64,000 bases of DNA from Macrostomum lignano (lineage: Eukaryota). Shown one piece after another: positions 1 through 12,187 of this stretch. Within the stretch, counting starts at the first letter, position 1. Each line of letters starts with the position of its first letter. The position numbers and the translations under genes were made by a program. The notes beneath the pieces were generated by a model. That model saw nothing but the letters and a program-made list of their open reading frames with translations, made no database searches and was not told the DNA's origin. The DNA lies in NCBI GenBank assembly GCA_002269645.1, contig NIVC01002358.1, forward strand, positions 86,015-150,014. The letters run 5' to 3'.

Positions 1-480
1 ACTTAGCAAAATTAAGGCAGAATGAGGCTTGGCAATTGCAATTGATAACAATCACCTAAGAAAAGACAATGCACTGTTTGATGCTCAAATATTATTTACT
101 AGTGCTTTGAATTTGCTCCATATTGACATTAGATATAAGATGGTTCAGAAAATCAATGCAACTAGACTGTGCCATTTCCTTCATTTGTGAGCCAAAGTGC
201 CTTGGCAGGCTCTATGGACATTCATTGTCTATCAGTTGTCTATCAGTTGGCCCTCGTTGTCTATCAGTCCAACACTATCTTGGAAATGGATGTTGCAGTC
301 CAATTGGCATTTCCACATATGTCTATAGGTGTCGAACTTTGGGACAACAAACTGCAGCTGCTGGTTTGCAAAGGTGGCTTGCAGCTTGCAAGCAGCATCA
401 TAGGAGATGACAAGCTTCTTTGCCATGCAGGAAGCAGCTGCACTGCGCACTACTGTAGCACTATAATGCAAACTGAAATT
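1..480 (-). pseudogene. Decayed KDZ (Kyakuja-Dileera-Zisupton)-type transposase fragment
   Basis: ORF 232..471(-) reads LVISYDAACKL...FVVPKFDTYRHMWKCQ...SVGLIDNE, resembling the KDZ core pattern SYDxxC / xPKFH..H...CQ / GxGxxDGE. It is truncated and interrupted. Confidence 0.5.
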
Positions 481-1180
481 AATTAGAAATTATGGCATTA
501 TATGCTATTTTAAGGTCAGAAAGTCAATGAAATGTGATATACAATACTGTGGTGTTAATAACTAGTGGTTTTCTTTTCATAATATGTATTGCATACACAC
601 TGCATAGCAATTGCCATACCTCTCTGGAGTGATGACATCCATTAAAGATTGTACTTTCAAGGCTAGTTTTAAGACACTCTGCATTTGCATCTAACAAATG
701 ACAGGAAGTGCACTGCTAGCTTATATCACCAGTTTTACTATAATGCATACACCTTACAATGAGAACGAAAAATGTAATGAAAGGAGTCTTTAGGTGATCC
801 TTTTTATTGCCAATCTTCTATGTCTAGTATTCTTTCATTGAATTTGCTGAGCAGTGGCACTTCTTGATTGGGAAAACTTGGTATAGCTTCTTGCAATTGG
901 TGTGGCTGCTTGGTGTAATTGCTTCTGAAAGTGTATTTTAAGTGAAAGAGAACAATGAAACAATCCATACATGAGTGCATATGTGCACACTATATATGTA
1001 TAAACCTATTCAATTCCAATAGTTTAGAATCTAAATTTCTACTAAGCCAGAATAGGTGGAGGCCAATGCTCCATCCCATGAAGCATAGTGATCACTCTAC
1101 TAATAGGTCCACCCAGTAGGTCATCATTGCCAAAAAATCTAGGCACAGTGCATCGCCATATGGGTAATAGCAAGGACTTC

Positions 1181-4100
1181 TCAAGTAGAAGGACATTACA
1201 CTCCAGTTATCATATAAATTTTTTGGTGGCCAATTTTTTAAAGTGCTGTAACTTTTTAAGTATTGCATATAGAGGGCTAATTCTTTTGCTGATTTGTTCA
1301 AAATTTATTCCACTTTAAAATAATGCTACATTTACAGTTGTATCTGTATAAGGGCGGAAGCAAAATACAGTAAAGTATATGTACCTTATTATTTATTATA
1401 AAAGCTAAATTTATAATTTAAGCACACTATCTGATTTTTAGTTACTAGGAGCCTATAAACATATAGTAGCTAGCTACATCCAAGGCATGAAGTGATTAAA
1501 GAGCAAAGATACATGCATCCAATGGCCATTGGCTTGACACGGGAGGCTCTAGCAAAGACTAACGAATGACATTATAAAAAGGGAAAATTCTTGATGCTGC
1601 AGCAGCTAAATGTCAAAACCTTAAAGCAAAAAAAAAACAAAATAAAAGATTTAGAGTGTAGATTGACAATCAGTCACAACTAAACTTGAAACTAAACAAG
1701 GATGAAAGGGTATATAACCATAAACCATTAGAAGGCTAACAAGACATGGTAACAAGAACTGGACTAATTTAGCCCTCACCCTAGTAATTGTGCAGTAAAT
1801 GAAGAAAATCTGCACAAAGGTGCAATAAAACAATTTGTGTTATAAAAAGGTACCACCTGCGATGTCATGACTTGATTTAGTTTTTAGCTGATGACTACTA
1901 CAAGGAGCCAACTTAGCCCGAAGGCACAAGCTTTTGCAGATGCCTACAACTGGTTTTGGACTGGCGTCCAGTAGGCTGAGACTTCCATTGCACAACACCT
2001 CCAAAGTATGTATTCGCCAGTCACCTGGCCACACAATTCTTTTGGTCTGCCTGTAGATTGATGTCTAGAAACACTTCAAAAATGGCCAAAAAAGCAGACA
2101 TGCAATAGTTGATGCAGTGAGACTTTGCAGCACCAAAGAATGAGTAGCAAAAGCGAGCAAATGCCACCATCCACTCTGGAGGGTGGCAAAGCTTCCCTTG
2201 TGAGATAAACAAAGTAAATTCGCTGCCAGCAGATAGTTGGCAATTTTCAGGATTCAGCCTAACCAGATGCTCTTAAATGGTAACATATCTGCTAATGAAA
2301 TATAGCGCTGCTGACTCCGCATCACTCAAGCTGTCAGAAAGCTGTGGGAGATTGTCAAGGATCTTCTGGTCTCTCTTGGAAACCACAGCAGAGCAGCAGG
2401 CTGACGGCTGATGGTCGTCAGTGAGAGTAATGTGATGCAAATGCCTGTAAAACTACATTCGGTGTAGGCATGCAGTGGCCAAAATCTGATCAACCAAAAT
2501 ATACTAGCAGTTGCCATGATCTTGTTGGTACACAGAGAACTCTCCCTCAAGTTGGTCAGTCTGCAGTTTGCCTAGAAAGAATGAATAAATTTTGCAGATA
2601 AGGATTATAAATGCATGTCTCACTTTTATAATCTTATACGCACCAAGCAACACATATGAAAATCCTTGCTTGTCAATAGGTGCCTGCACAAATTGGCTAA
2701 TCCATTCGCCATTGGACAGCCTTGCGCATCTTGGTGGTCAGTGATTTAGTGCGACTGGCTCCTCTTCCACCTGGCATGTGGTCCACAATAGCAGCAAAAC
2801 TGAGCAGCTCCTGGATTCCATGCGAGTTGATGCTATTGATTGGAGCTCATCGATAGTCATTCAGTCTGACATGCACTTCAAGTGACTTGACATTAAGGAT
2901 AGTCCAGAAGTTGATGAACTTCTCTACAAACTCTGCTGTTTCATTGTAACCATTCAGCTAAAGAGCCACAACTGTTTTGTCATGGGAGATGTCTAGCACA
3001 AGGGACACTTTCTGTCTCTTGAGAGGTGAAGAGTGATATGCAACTGGATTAAGTGGCATCAACCTCGATTTTTACAAGGTCGCTCCACTTAGCTCGCTTG
3101 ACTGCACCTCTGACCACTGGCTCAAATTCAATCTCGCCTGCGTACTGTATTAGCCAGTTGTTCCTAATGTTCTTCAATAGGTGTACAAGATTGTACAGCA
3201 GGTACAATGGTTGATCTAGCTGGATTTTTAGCAATCCATGGAGCAGTAGAATCTTCTGCTGCAGTTGCTTAAAGCAGTTGTGGTTCATGAAATAGTTATC
3301 GCATATAATGCTAACAACTGAGCCCCTATTCTCATGTAGTAGGTGAATAAGACGCACTACCTGGTCATGCAGGAAGGTTGACTGTAGGCTATATATTGGA
3401 ATTAGTCTGGCAACATATGCCTGACCACCCATAAATGGCTTGACCATCAGGGCCAAAACAGTTCGTGCAAGTTGCTATGGTTCATCCTCTGTATACCCAA
3501 TAGTATGACACCTGCTGAATTGGAGCAATGGCTTGACATATACCTTGTCAAAAAGAATTGAACAGTAGCGCTAGGATGGGCTGCATAGTTTAAGGTGTGA
3601 CCGCACAATGCTTTGGCAGTCGGCATCTGTTCCAACACTGCTGAGACTGCCAATGTGTCGCTTGAGAGTAGCTGGATAAGGCAAACAGGCGTATTGCCAC
3701 ATGGTTCCATATGCTACCCTGCCAGAAAAAATGAGATTGGCTGCAGCTAAGACGTTGCCAAAAGTGGATCAGACTCCATTTGTATTTGGTAAGCTTAGCT
3801 TTAATTGTCTCAATAGAAATGCTTGTCAAGGATTGTTGACTAGATCACAAGCGGCCTGCAAAGTCTAAATGCTTGTCTAATTCAACAGACTGCACGACTT
3901 GTATATGCTTCACTCTGTTTAGCATAGCTTCCAACTGGCTGAACTGCTCAAGTTGGTTTTGAAAACCCAATAGATCCATGATGTGCACTGATGTATTGCA
4001 TCAGTGAGCGACTGCTGTTAGGTTGCTTCTTATGGAAACATAGGCATCTGCAGTTCGATCAGTAACTTTCAGCAGGTTCACATGGTCCGACTCTTGCTGC

Positions 4101-5417
4101 ACGAGCCATCTATCAGTAGAAATGCAGTTCATTTTACTAACATGCTCAGTGAACATCTGCCATAAACTAATGCGGTCATGTGCATTAAACTCTTCTAGTT
4201 CATCTAGGATTGCAGCTCGCTCATTTAAAAGCATGCAACATTGGGACACATCCCTTGATTTCCCTGAAAAGTTCATTGATATCAAAATATTACTTTTTTA
4301 ATCCAAGTATTACTTTGGCTAATGCCAAAAAGACTCGGAAATCTCACTTGGTACAGTTTGATGCAATGTGCTAGGTGCAACAGATGGGAATATATTTGGT
4401 GAATCAACAGGCCATAGAAAGTGCTTCACCTTCACTATCCTTGCATTTTTAGGCCAATACTTGACACAAATCCTTGTCAAGTTTGTTATACTCTGTGGAA
4501 AATAAGTATAATATTGACATTATAATGTAAAGAACAAGCATGGAAAGGTTTTAATGCACAAAAAATATCTACCTTAACTGTGGTAGGCAAGGCTTTTTTC
4601 CATGCTTCATAGTCAGCTGTAGACTTTGGGAAACTATAAACAGTAACTTTAGGCCCAGTAAGGTAGTTTCCTTTGCAGCCAAGAATGCAGCACTTCAATG
4701 GCATGAACACTAACTAGAATTAGGCTTATGACAAATTTAAACAAATATTTCTTTTAATAGATAACAGTTTTAGGGCAATAACCTAAGTAATAATAGAACA
4801 AAAATAATAATTTATATAATAATAATAAATACTCTCATAAAATGTAGTTTCCTTTGCAGTCAGGAATGCAGCACTTTAATAGCATGAACACTAGCTAGAA
4901 TTAGGTTTATGAAAAATGTAAAAAATAAGTAGGTAAGTATACTTAACCTACCTAGTCAATATAGTCATAGCTATTCATATTCCTAGCCAAGATAAGACCA
5001 ATACTTAAAGCTAATATTCGCAATAAGAGTAAAAACAAATATTATGCCTCTGCCTCTGCCATGCCTCTTTGTATTCATTTTAAGTATACTAGTGAAAGAA
5101 AAAACTTTTGGTGGCACCTTTCTCTTTGTCTATCATTACAAAAAGAGTAAACTTTTCTAATTAATTTTTACTGAAGAAAAAGTCATAAAAAGAGCTTAAA
5201 TACAAATGGCATGGACCCAGTCAAATTAAAAAGTAATACAATATGATGTTTGTGTTCACATATTGATGGGACTTTTTAAGGCAAGGCTGCAATCAAGCAC
5301 AGCAGTTAATTTAGGATGAAAAATGTGAAAATTTCCTATCTTGCCAATGCATTTTATGGTGAAAATTGGCCATGTAAAAATTTCCATGAAAGCTGAGTGT
5401 AACGTCCTTCTACTTAA
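1181..5417 (-). mobile_element. Degenerate P-element superfamily (THAP9-like) DNA transposon with ~55-bp imperfect inverted repeats
   Basis: THAP zinc finger at 4486..4710 (CCILGC...FPK...W...CSLHY). Core motifs ICDN and HLLKNIRNNWL at 3049..3456, LQTDQLEGEFSVYQQ at ~2500-2560, ALYFISRYV at ~2290, then a C-terminal segment to ~2000. Many stops and frameshifts. Inverted pair at 1181..1237 and 5362..5417 (T[C/T]AAGTAGAAGGAC[A/G]TTACACTC...TGGCCAATTTT). Confidence 0.75.
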
Positions 5418-5419
5418 GA

Positions 5420-7330
5420 TGTTCTTGGGTAATAGTAGAAGATGTGGTTTACCAAGTTGGGGGTGCCACAGTCTGTGCAAGAGTTGTGATCCTGCATGCC
5501 AAGGAAGTGGCGAATGGTTCTATACAAGGTGCTGGCTCTAGCATAGAGTTGATTGATGGTGACATTCTCTTGTTGATTGCAGTTAGATTGTAGTTGGCAA
5601 AGAGGTAGGTTGAAGAGCACTCAAAGAAGTTGGCAATGTTCTATGGTGACAATACATTAGGTACTAGGTGAGGCCCCATTGACCCAGCTAATGCTGCTGT
5701 AGTCAGCACAGGCACGGATAGTGGCAATGTAGGCCATGTGGAGGACTTTAAAGTGGGCACCTATGTTGCAATAGGCTAGGGTGTTGATGGTACTACAGAG
5801 TTAGGCCATCTGCTGGTAGACCTCAGTGCCATGTTTGGCAAAATTGAACTCACTATTGAGAGTGATACCAAGCAAATGGGGATGCAGGTTGAAGGCAATG
5901 TCATGGCTGCTGATGGTAAATTGAAGGCACACCTTGCTGTATGAGTGAATGTCATATACTCACATTTTTGTAGCTGATAAGTACCTTCCAATGGCTGCAC
6001 CATGATGCCTTGGTTTCTAAGGCTAGCTGGATTATGTGGGCACAGTCAGTAAAACAGTGATAGGTGGCAAGGAGATTGAGGCCGGATTCTTAGGTATGGC
6101 TGATAGTGGGTGGCCTGGCAGGGCATTGCCACAGACATTGTGGGCCAGGCAAAAAAGTCAGAGTTGATGTCAAGGTTGATGCAGGTGTCTTCCTTATGCT
6201 GCTGCTTTGCCAGGATAATAGTGTTACAGAGGCAGTGGTAGGCCTTGTGGAAAACTTGCTCATTTAATGAATAATACACTTGTAAAAAGGGAATGCCAAA
6301 CTAAACATGCTTAGTGCCAACATGTTTCAATGCAAACCATCCTCTTTAGGGCACGCTGCAACAAACAACCTCAACAACCATATATTTATAATCAGAACTA
6401 AACAAAACAGTAGACAGAATGATTTTAGTCCAGTCAATAAAATAGAGTACATTGAGAAGAGAGTCACCCTCTAGTGACCACTCACAGTACTCTGAGTTGG
6501 TGCTCCATGTACCCCACTGCTAGCAAGCTGTACATTTAAACTATGCTTATTAACTTTGATGTACAAGCTATGAAGCTTCAATAATTCTTATTTTAAAATC
6601 TTTTTTACTTCTATCTAACATTGAACATCTGCATAGGATCATTGTCAAAACATGCTGTGCAACCTAACAAGTGATCTTAAATTGCAAAAACTTAAAGGTA
6701 GGTCTGTTGGAAAAAGGAGATGTTCTGCTCCATGGCATTGAGTTCAACTAGACTACAAGCAGTTTGGCAGGCCTCTTGAGCAGCATTGCAGTCGTTGTTC
6801 CAGAACTTGGCAGCGTTGTGGCAGCAGCCCCTCAGGATGGTGTACAATGTGGTTGTGCAGGATGTCTTTGCAGAGATTGTTGTAGGCCTGATTGGTGCTA
6901 TTTGCAGATTGTGCAAAGCATTTGCAAGAGTTAGAGCTCTGAGCAGAAGCTTGCCCAGTCTGCCTTTTTGAAGGCCGACTGAAAGGGGCTGTGGGAAGCC
7001 CTCTGACACTTGCTAACTTGGATGGCAAATGTGATAGGAAGATGATGAGAGCCTAGATCGTTGATGGGGTCTAGCTTTTGTGCACCACTTTGCCAGTGGC
7101 GCCCCAACACCATGTAGAGTTGGGCCTAGGTGGTTGGAGGTGGCCCACAATTCGAAGGCAAGGCTGGTGTCTTCATCAAGCTTCATCAGAGCTATAGTCA
7201 GTTTTGGATGCACATATGCAAGTTTTGTTCCATAGACAGCGAGACAAAGGCACTGTTTTGTAACCCAGTGTCAGAATTGAATGACAATGGAAACTCCTAT
7301 TTTGTATTTTTACCTTCCTATTTAGGCAGA
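5420..7330 (-). mobile_element. Decayed non-LTR retrotransposon (APE endonuclease-type LINE) fragments
   Basis: Minus-strand fragments occur in LINE ORF2 order: DLGSHHLPI (SDHxPI-like) and FKKADWASF (6931..7113), KFWNNDC (6692..7009), an LDI-like RT segment (6046..6279) and a C-terminal CTDCGTPNLVNHIF knuckle (5414..5620). Confidence 0.6.
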
Positions 7331-7737
7331 CAAGAGCAATTACTTCAACAATAAGCCTGATTGCCTGAACAGTAGTTTGTTAGTAACCTGTATATTTAAT
7401 AGCAGTAGTAGGGAGCGAGGTGGAATTAGGTTAGTGCTATGTTCACAGTTTTCAAATGCAAGTACATGTAAGCCTACAGAGGCATACTTCTTTAACCGAT
7501 TGCCGCCTGCAAATGTCCGGCAGGCAAACGTCGGCTGGCAAACGTAGACCCGTTCAAATATTTTGTGATCATAAGATAGACAAAATTTACCTATTGATAA
7601 AAGTTTACATGTGCATATATTGAACTAATATTTTTTTCATTCAAAAGTTTTCTTTAAACCCCTTTCTCTACTTATAAGTAGACAGTGTAGCACTCCTACA
7701 CTATCTTAGTTTCAGAGAAATCAATAAAAAAATTTTA

Positions 7738-9145
7738 ATGAAGCTAAAGGCACAGCCAGACTATGACACCCAGCGGGATGAGAAGGAGGGCCGCCTGCGG
7801 GATGTGTCCGACCAGGCCATCTGGTGGCTGTCCTCCTGCAAGCCCGGTTATGGAGTGCAGAACCTCATGAGCGACTCGCTGGCCACCTACTGGCAGTCTG
7901 ACGGGCCGCAGCCTCACCTGGTGAACATTCAGTTCCGCAGGAAGACGGCCGTCTGCTCTCTGTGCGTTTATGTTGACTTCAAGCAGGACGAGTCCTACAC
8001 TCCCAGCAAGCTGGCTGTGAAGGCTGGCAACCACTTCCAGGTGCGCTCCTGTTTCCGCATTTCCTCAGCCAGCCTCCCAGATCCTCAGTTGCTGGGCCAC
8101 CGCCAGCCTCCCAGACCCTCAGTTTCTGGGGCACCGCCAGCCTCCCAGATCCTCAGTTGCTGGGCCACCGCCAGCCTCCCAGATCCTCAGTTGCTGGGCC
8201 ACCGCCAGCCTCCCAGACCCTCAGTTTCTGGGGGCACCGCCAGCCTCCCAGACCCTCAGTTTCTGGGGGCACCGCCAGCCTCCCAGATCCTCAGTTGCTG
8301 GGCCACCGCCAGCCTCCCAGACCCTCAGTTTCTGGGGGCACCGCCAGCCTCCCAGATCCTCAGTTGCTGGGCCACCGCCAACCTCCCAGATCCTCAGTTG
8401 CTGGGCCACCGCCAGCCTCCCAGACCCTCAGTTTCTGGGGGCACCGCCAGCCTCCCAGATCCTCAGTTGCTGGGCCACCGCCAGCCTCCCAGATCCTCAG
8501 TTGCTGGGCCACCGCCAGCCTCCCAGATCCTCAGTTGCTGGGGGCACCGCCAGCCTCCAAGATCCTCAGTTGCTGGGCCAGCCTCCCAGATCCTCAGTTG
8601 CTGGACCACCTCCAGCCTCCCAGATCCTCAGTTGCTGGACCACCGCCAGCCTCCCAGACCCTCAGTTTCTGGGGGCACCGCCAGCCTCCCAGATCCTCAG
8701 TTGCTGGGCCACCGCCAGCCTCCCAGACCCTCAGTTTCTGGGGGCACCGCCAGCCTCCCAGATCCTCAGTTGCTGGGGCCACCGCCAATCTCCCAGATCC
8801 TCAGTTGCTGGGCCACCGGTCAAGTTAGCTCCAATCTTCGGCTTCCCTGACAATCCAGAGACCCATCACTCACCTTAACCCACGCCGCAGGACCTGGAAG
8901 AGGTGGAGTCCGTTGAGCTGCTCGAGCCCTCAGGCTGGGTGGTCATCGACCTGCGGAGCGGCGGCCGGCCGCGCCGGGCCTTCATCCTGCAGCTGGTGGT
9001 GCTGGCCAACCACCAGAACGGCCGCGACACCCACCTGCGCCGGATCAAGGTGCTGTCGCTGGCAGCTGGCGGCGGCAGCGGCGTCGGTGACAGCCAGCAG
9101 GGCGGCGGAGCCTCCAGCCTGGCCATCTTTGATAAAATTCGCTGA
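7738..9145 (+). CDS. ANAPC10: Anaphase-promoting complex subunit 10 (DOC domain), 185 aa, 2 exons (7738..8040, 8891..9145)
   Basis: Motifs WWLSSCKPGYGV, TYWQSDGPQPHLVNIQF, DESYTPSK, NHQNGRDTHLR and a C-terminal IR tail. GT-AG phase-0 intron at 8041..8890. Confidence 0.95.
8068..8817. repeat. Intronic minisatellite, 34-35-bp unit (gccagcctcccagatcctcagttgctgggccacc)
   Basis: About 22 tandem units fill ANAPC10 intron 1. Confidence 0.95.
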
Positions 9146-9554
9146 GCTCTTCATCTCTCCGTCTATACGCGGTCCTAGCGCTTTGCGTTTATTTCAATTG
9201 GCATTTTTCACCTTTTTATGTCTATAAGTAGTACGATTTGCTACTGACTGCTACACTACTGATCGATATCAGTAGTTGATGCTAATTTTCCCGATGTATT
9301 TGCATAAATAAACAAGTATTTAGTAGTCCGGTACTGCAGGTCAAAAATGATTTGCTGCATAAAATTAGTCATTTATTTGTACAAAGCCTTATCAAATTAA
9401 ATGGGGAAAGTAAGATAGATATTAAATGTTTTTTTTCGTATTATTTGTTATTAAGTACGATTGCTAAATTTTGAGTCATTATAAACAAAAAGCAGAAAAC
9501 TTCGTACTCTACGGCCGTACTTCTGTGCTCAGAAACCCCTACTTACTCACTGAC

Positions 9555-10279
9555 AGGCCAAGGAGATCTCGAAGGGCTATTCTGGAGTAGCAACTTTTCA
9601 CGCAACCAGTTTACTTTCAGACACCATTTTTAAGCTACTCAGAGAGCAGGCGGTCTCTGAGACCACCAATAGTTAAGGGGAGAGTTTGGCTTGCGGTTAG
9701 GTTAAAGTCAAGCCTCGGGGGGGGGGGCGGGTTGCTGAGCTGCTGCGGGGGTTGCTGAGCTGCCGTAGTGTGAGTTGCTGAGCTGCTGCGGGGGTTGCTG
9801 AGCTGCCGTAGGAGAGGTTGCTGAACTGCTGCGGGGGTTGCTGAGCTGCCGTAGTGTGAGTTGCTGAGCTGCTGCGGGGGTTGCTGAGCTGCCGTAGTCC
9901 GTAGGAGAGGTTGCTGAGCTGCTGCGGGGGTTGCTGAGCTGCCGTAGCCCGTAGGAGAGGTTGCTGAACTGCTGCGGGGGTTGCTGAGCTGCCGTGGGGT
10001 GAGTTGCTGAACTGCCGTAGGGGCGGGGAGCTGCTTCGGCTGAGAAGCTGGAAACTGAGGACACAATGCTTTTTTTCTTTTCAACATCTTCATATTCGCA
10101 GCGCCCCACGATACACGCGCAACTGGACACAAAAGTGACAGAACAGTTTTATTAGTTAATAATTTTGTGCTAAAGAAATAAACTTCGAAGTTCGCATGTA
10201 AAATCATGCAATTCGAGCTATTGTATTTGAAAATGAGAGTTACTAACTCCAGAGTTGTCGTTTAAGATCTCCTTGGCCT
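9555..10279. mobile_element. MITE-like element with ~45-bp imperfect TIRs enclosing a ~21-bp minisatellite (~9730..10020)
   Basis: AGGCCAAGGAGATCT...CTGGAGT-AGCAACT at 9555 is mirrored by AGTTACTAACTCCAG...AGATCTCCTTGGCCT ending at 10279. The internal array has a ggttgctgagctgc core. No clear TSD. Confidence 0.6.
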
Positions 10280-10427
10280 TAGGGAGTGATTCAGCTCACT
10301 GAGCTCATATAGCCCTTACTGAAGATAACAGTTGCCGTCCAGATAAGCCGCTAAAAGCGAATATAAGCGAATGCGGGTAGAACTGCTTTGTTGACAATCT
10401 ATAAAGTGAGCCAATTTAGCCACCACA

Positions 10428-10751
10428 ATGGAGCAGTGGGTTGTTCTGGCCATCATTCTGGCTGTGCTGGCAGCTGGCTGCCTGGTCAGCTGCTATCTCT
10501 GCTACAAGCGCCGGTTGCAGCGTCGGCGTGAGGAGAAACTCGGAAAATCGCATGCGGTTCGGAGTGCCATCGCTGGGGCCTACGTGAACTCGGCCATGAT
10601 GCAGCAGGGGGAGCTGGGCGGCAGCGCCGATCTCATCGCCGTGGCGCCGTCCGCGGCCAGACCAGTCCGGTTTGATTATTACGGCGAAACTGGCAGAGGC
10701 GACTCGGCGATTTTCTACACGCACGGGTCCGCGGCTGGCACCGCCGTTTAG
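10428..10751 (+). CDS. Small single-pass membrane protein (107 aa), family not recognised
   Basis: GC-rich ORF with a good start context (ccacaATGG), an N-terminal hydrophobic helix, a Cys cluster (CLVSCYLCY) and a basic stop-transfer segment (KRRLQRRR). Confidence 0.7.
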   Translation: MEQWVVLAIILAVLAAGCLVSCYLCYKRRLQRRREEKLGKSHAVRSAIAGAYVNSAMMQQGELGGSADLIAVAPSAARPVRFDYYGETGRGDSAIFYTHGSAAGTAV

Positions 10752-11309
10752 ACCGCGGGAGCTCTCCCTGTACTGTAACTACATGTTTGTGATTTGGGGT
10801 GCTGTTTTGCTCATTGGTATAAGTATGCTCAGGAGGGCCTCCACCTTGTGACGCGTTAGGAAATCAGAATTTTGCTTCAGGGCGCCAAAATGACCCTACT
10901 CTCCTTGCATGGATAAATCATGGATGAAGCATCCATGATGCCATGTATGGATCATACCTGAACATGTATGGAGCCATACCTGATCATACATGGTTCCACG
11001 TAAACTTCATCCATGGTTACTTTCCATCCATGTACATTGATGTATGATTTTAAATATAATTTTCCTTACTACACTACTGTTAGTAGAACGCAATGTTTGC
11101 GTAGGTTCATTTTAAAGCTGAAATTTTCTAAACAAATTCGGCAGCATCTTTAGTGCTGCTGAGAAATATGTTTCCATTCCCTTATAAATCACTTTCAAAA
11201 CAAAAAAGTATCAGAACAAATACTTATGCAATTAAATGTAGAAGTAATTGAAAACTCGTATGATGACCATTTCGAGACTTATATTATTAATGATAATTAG
11301 GCATAATTC

Positions 11310-11859
11310 ATTTCAAAGTACTGTAAGAAAAAATAAGACAGCTCAGTCTCAGAGAGCTTTAAAATACAGAATGGACAGAATTTGACGCATTTCAAGGTAC
11401 TGTAAGAAAAAATAAGACAGCTCAGAGAGCTTTAAAATACAGAATAGACAGAATTTGACGCATTTCAAGGTACTGTAAGAAAAAATAAAACAGCTCAGAG
11501 AGCTTTAAAATACAGAATAGACAGAATTTGACGCATTTCAAGGTACTGTAAGAAAAAATAAAACAGCTCAGAGAGCTTTAAAATACAGAATAGACAGAAT
11601 TTGACGCATTTCAAGGTACTGTAAGAAAAAATAAAACAGCTCAGAGAGCTTTAAAATACAGAATGGACAGAATTTGACGCATTTCAAGGTACTGTAAGAA
11701 AAAATAAAACAGCTCAGAGAGCTTTAAAATACAGAATAGACAGAATTTGACGCATTTCAAGGTACTGTAAGAAAAAATAAAACAGCTCAGAGAGCTTTAA
11801 GATACAGAATAGACAGAATTTGACGCATTTCAAGGTACTGTAAGAAAAAATAAAACAGT
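11310..11859. repeat. 73-bp tandem repeat (~7.5 copies) inside the EnSpm element
   Basis: tgtaagaaaaaata recurs at 11401, 11474 and 11547 (73-bp spacing), with near-identical units continuing to ~11859. Confidence 0.95.
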
Positions 11860-12187
11860 AAATTTTACTGAACAGTCAATAAATAGAATTAGCCGAATTC
11901 GGTACGCATTAAGGGCAAGGGCCGACTAATCCTTTACGAAACGAAGTTAATGCTGCATTAGTCAATTATTTGCGCACAGAAACTTGGAGATTTTGAATAT
12001 GGAGAGATCGGACAAAGAGAGGTAACGGTGGGAGTCTGAGAGGGAGGAAGTTGGGCATCTGGAAAGTTATTCTGATTCCCTGATGGTTTTATCTTGGTCA
12101 TGGAGCATAATTTTATTTTCTGCCAGACTTTGCAGCATTAATAATAAAATAATCGGATCTAAGGTACGGACACATACTCGTACCTTT

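Noticed and set aside
7738-8850. 370-aa ANAPC10 read-through ORF
   Set aside because: The canonical donor at 8041 and acceptor at 8890 give a normal 185-aa APC10 with its IR tail. The extension is intronic repeat.
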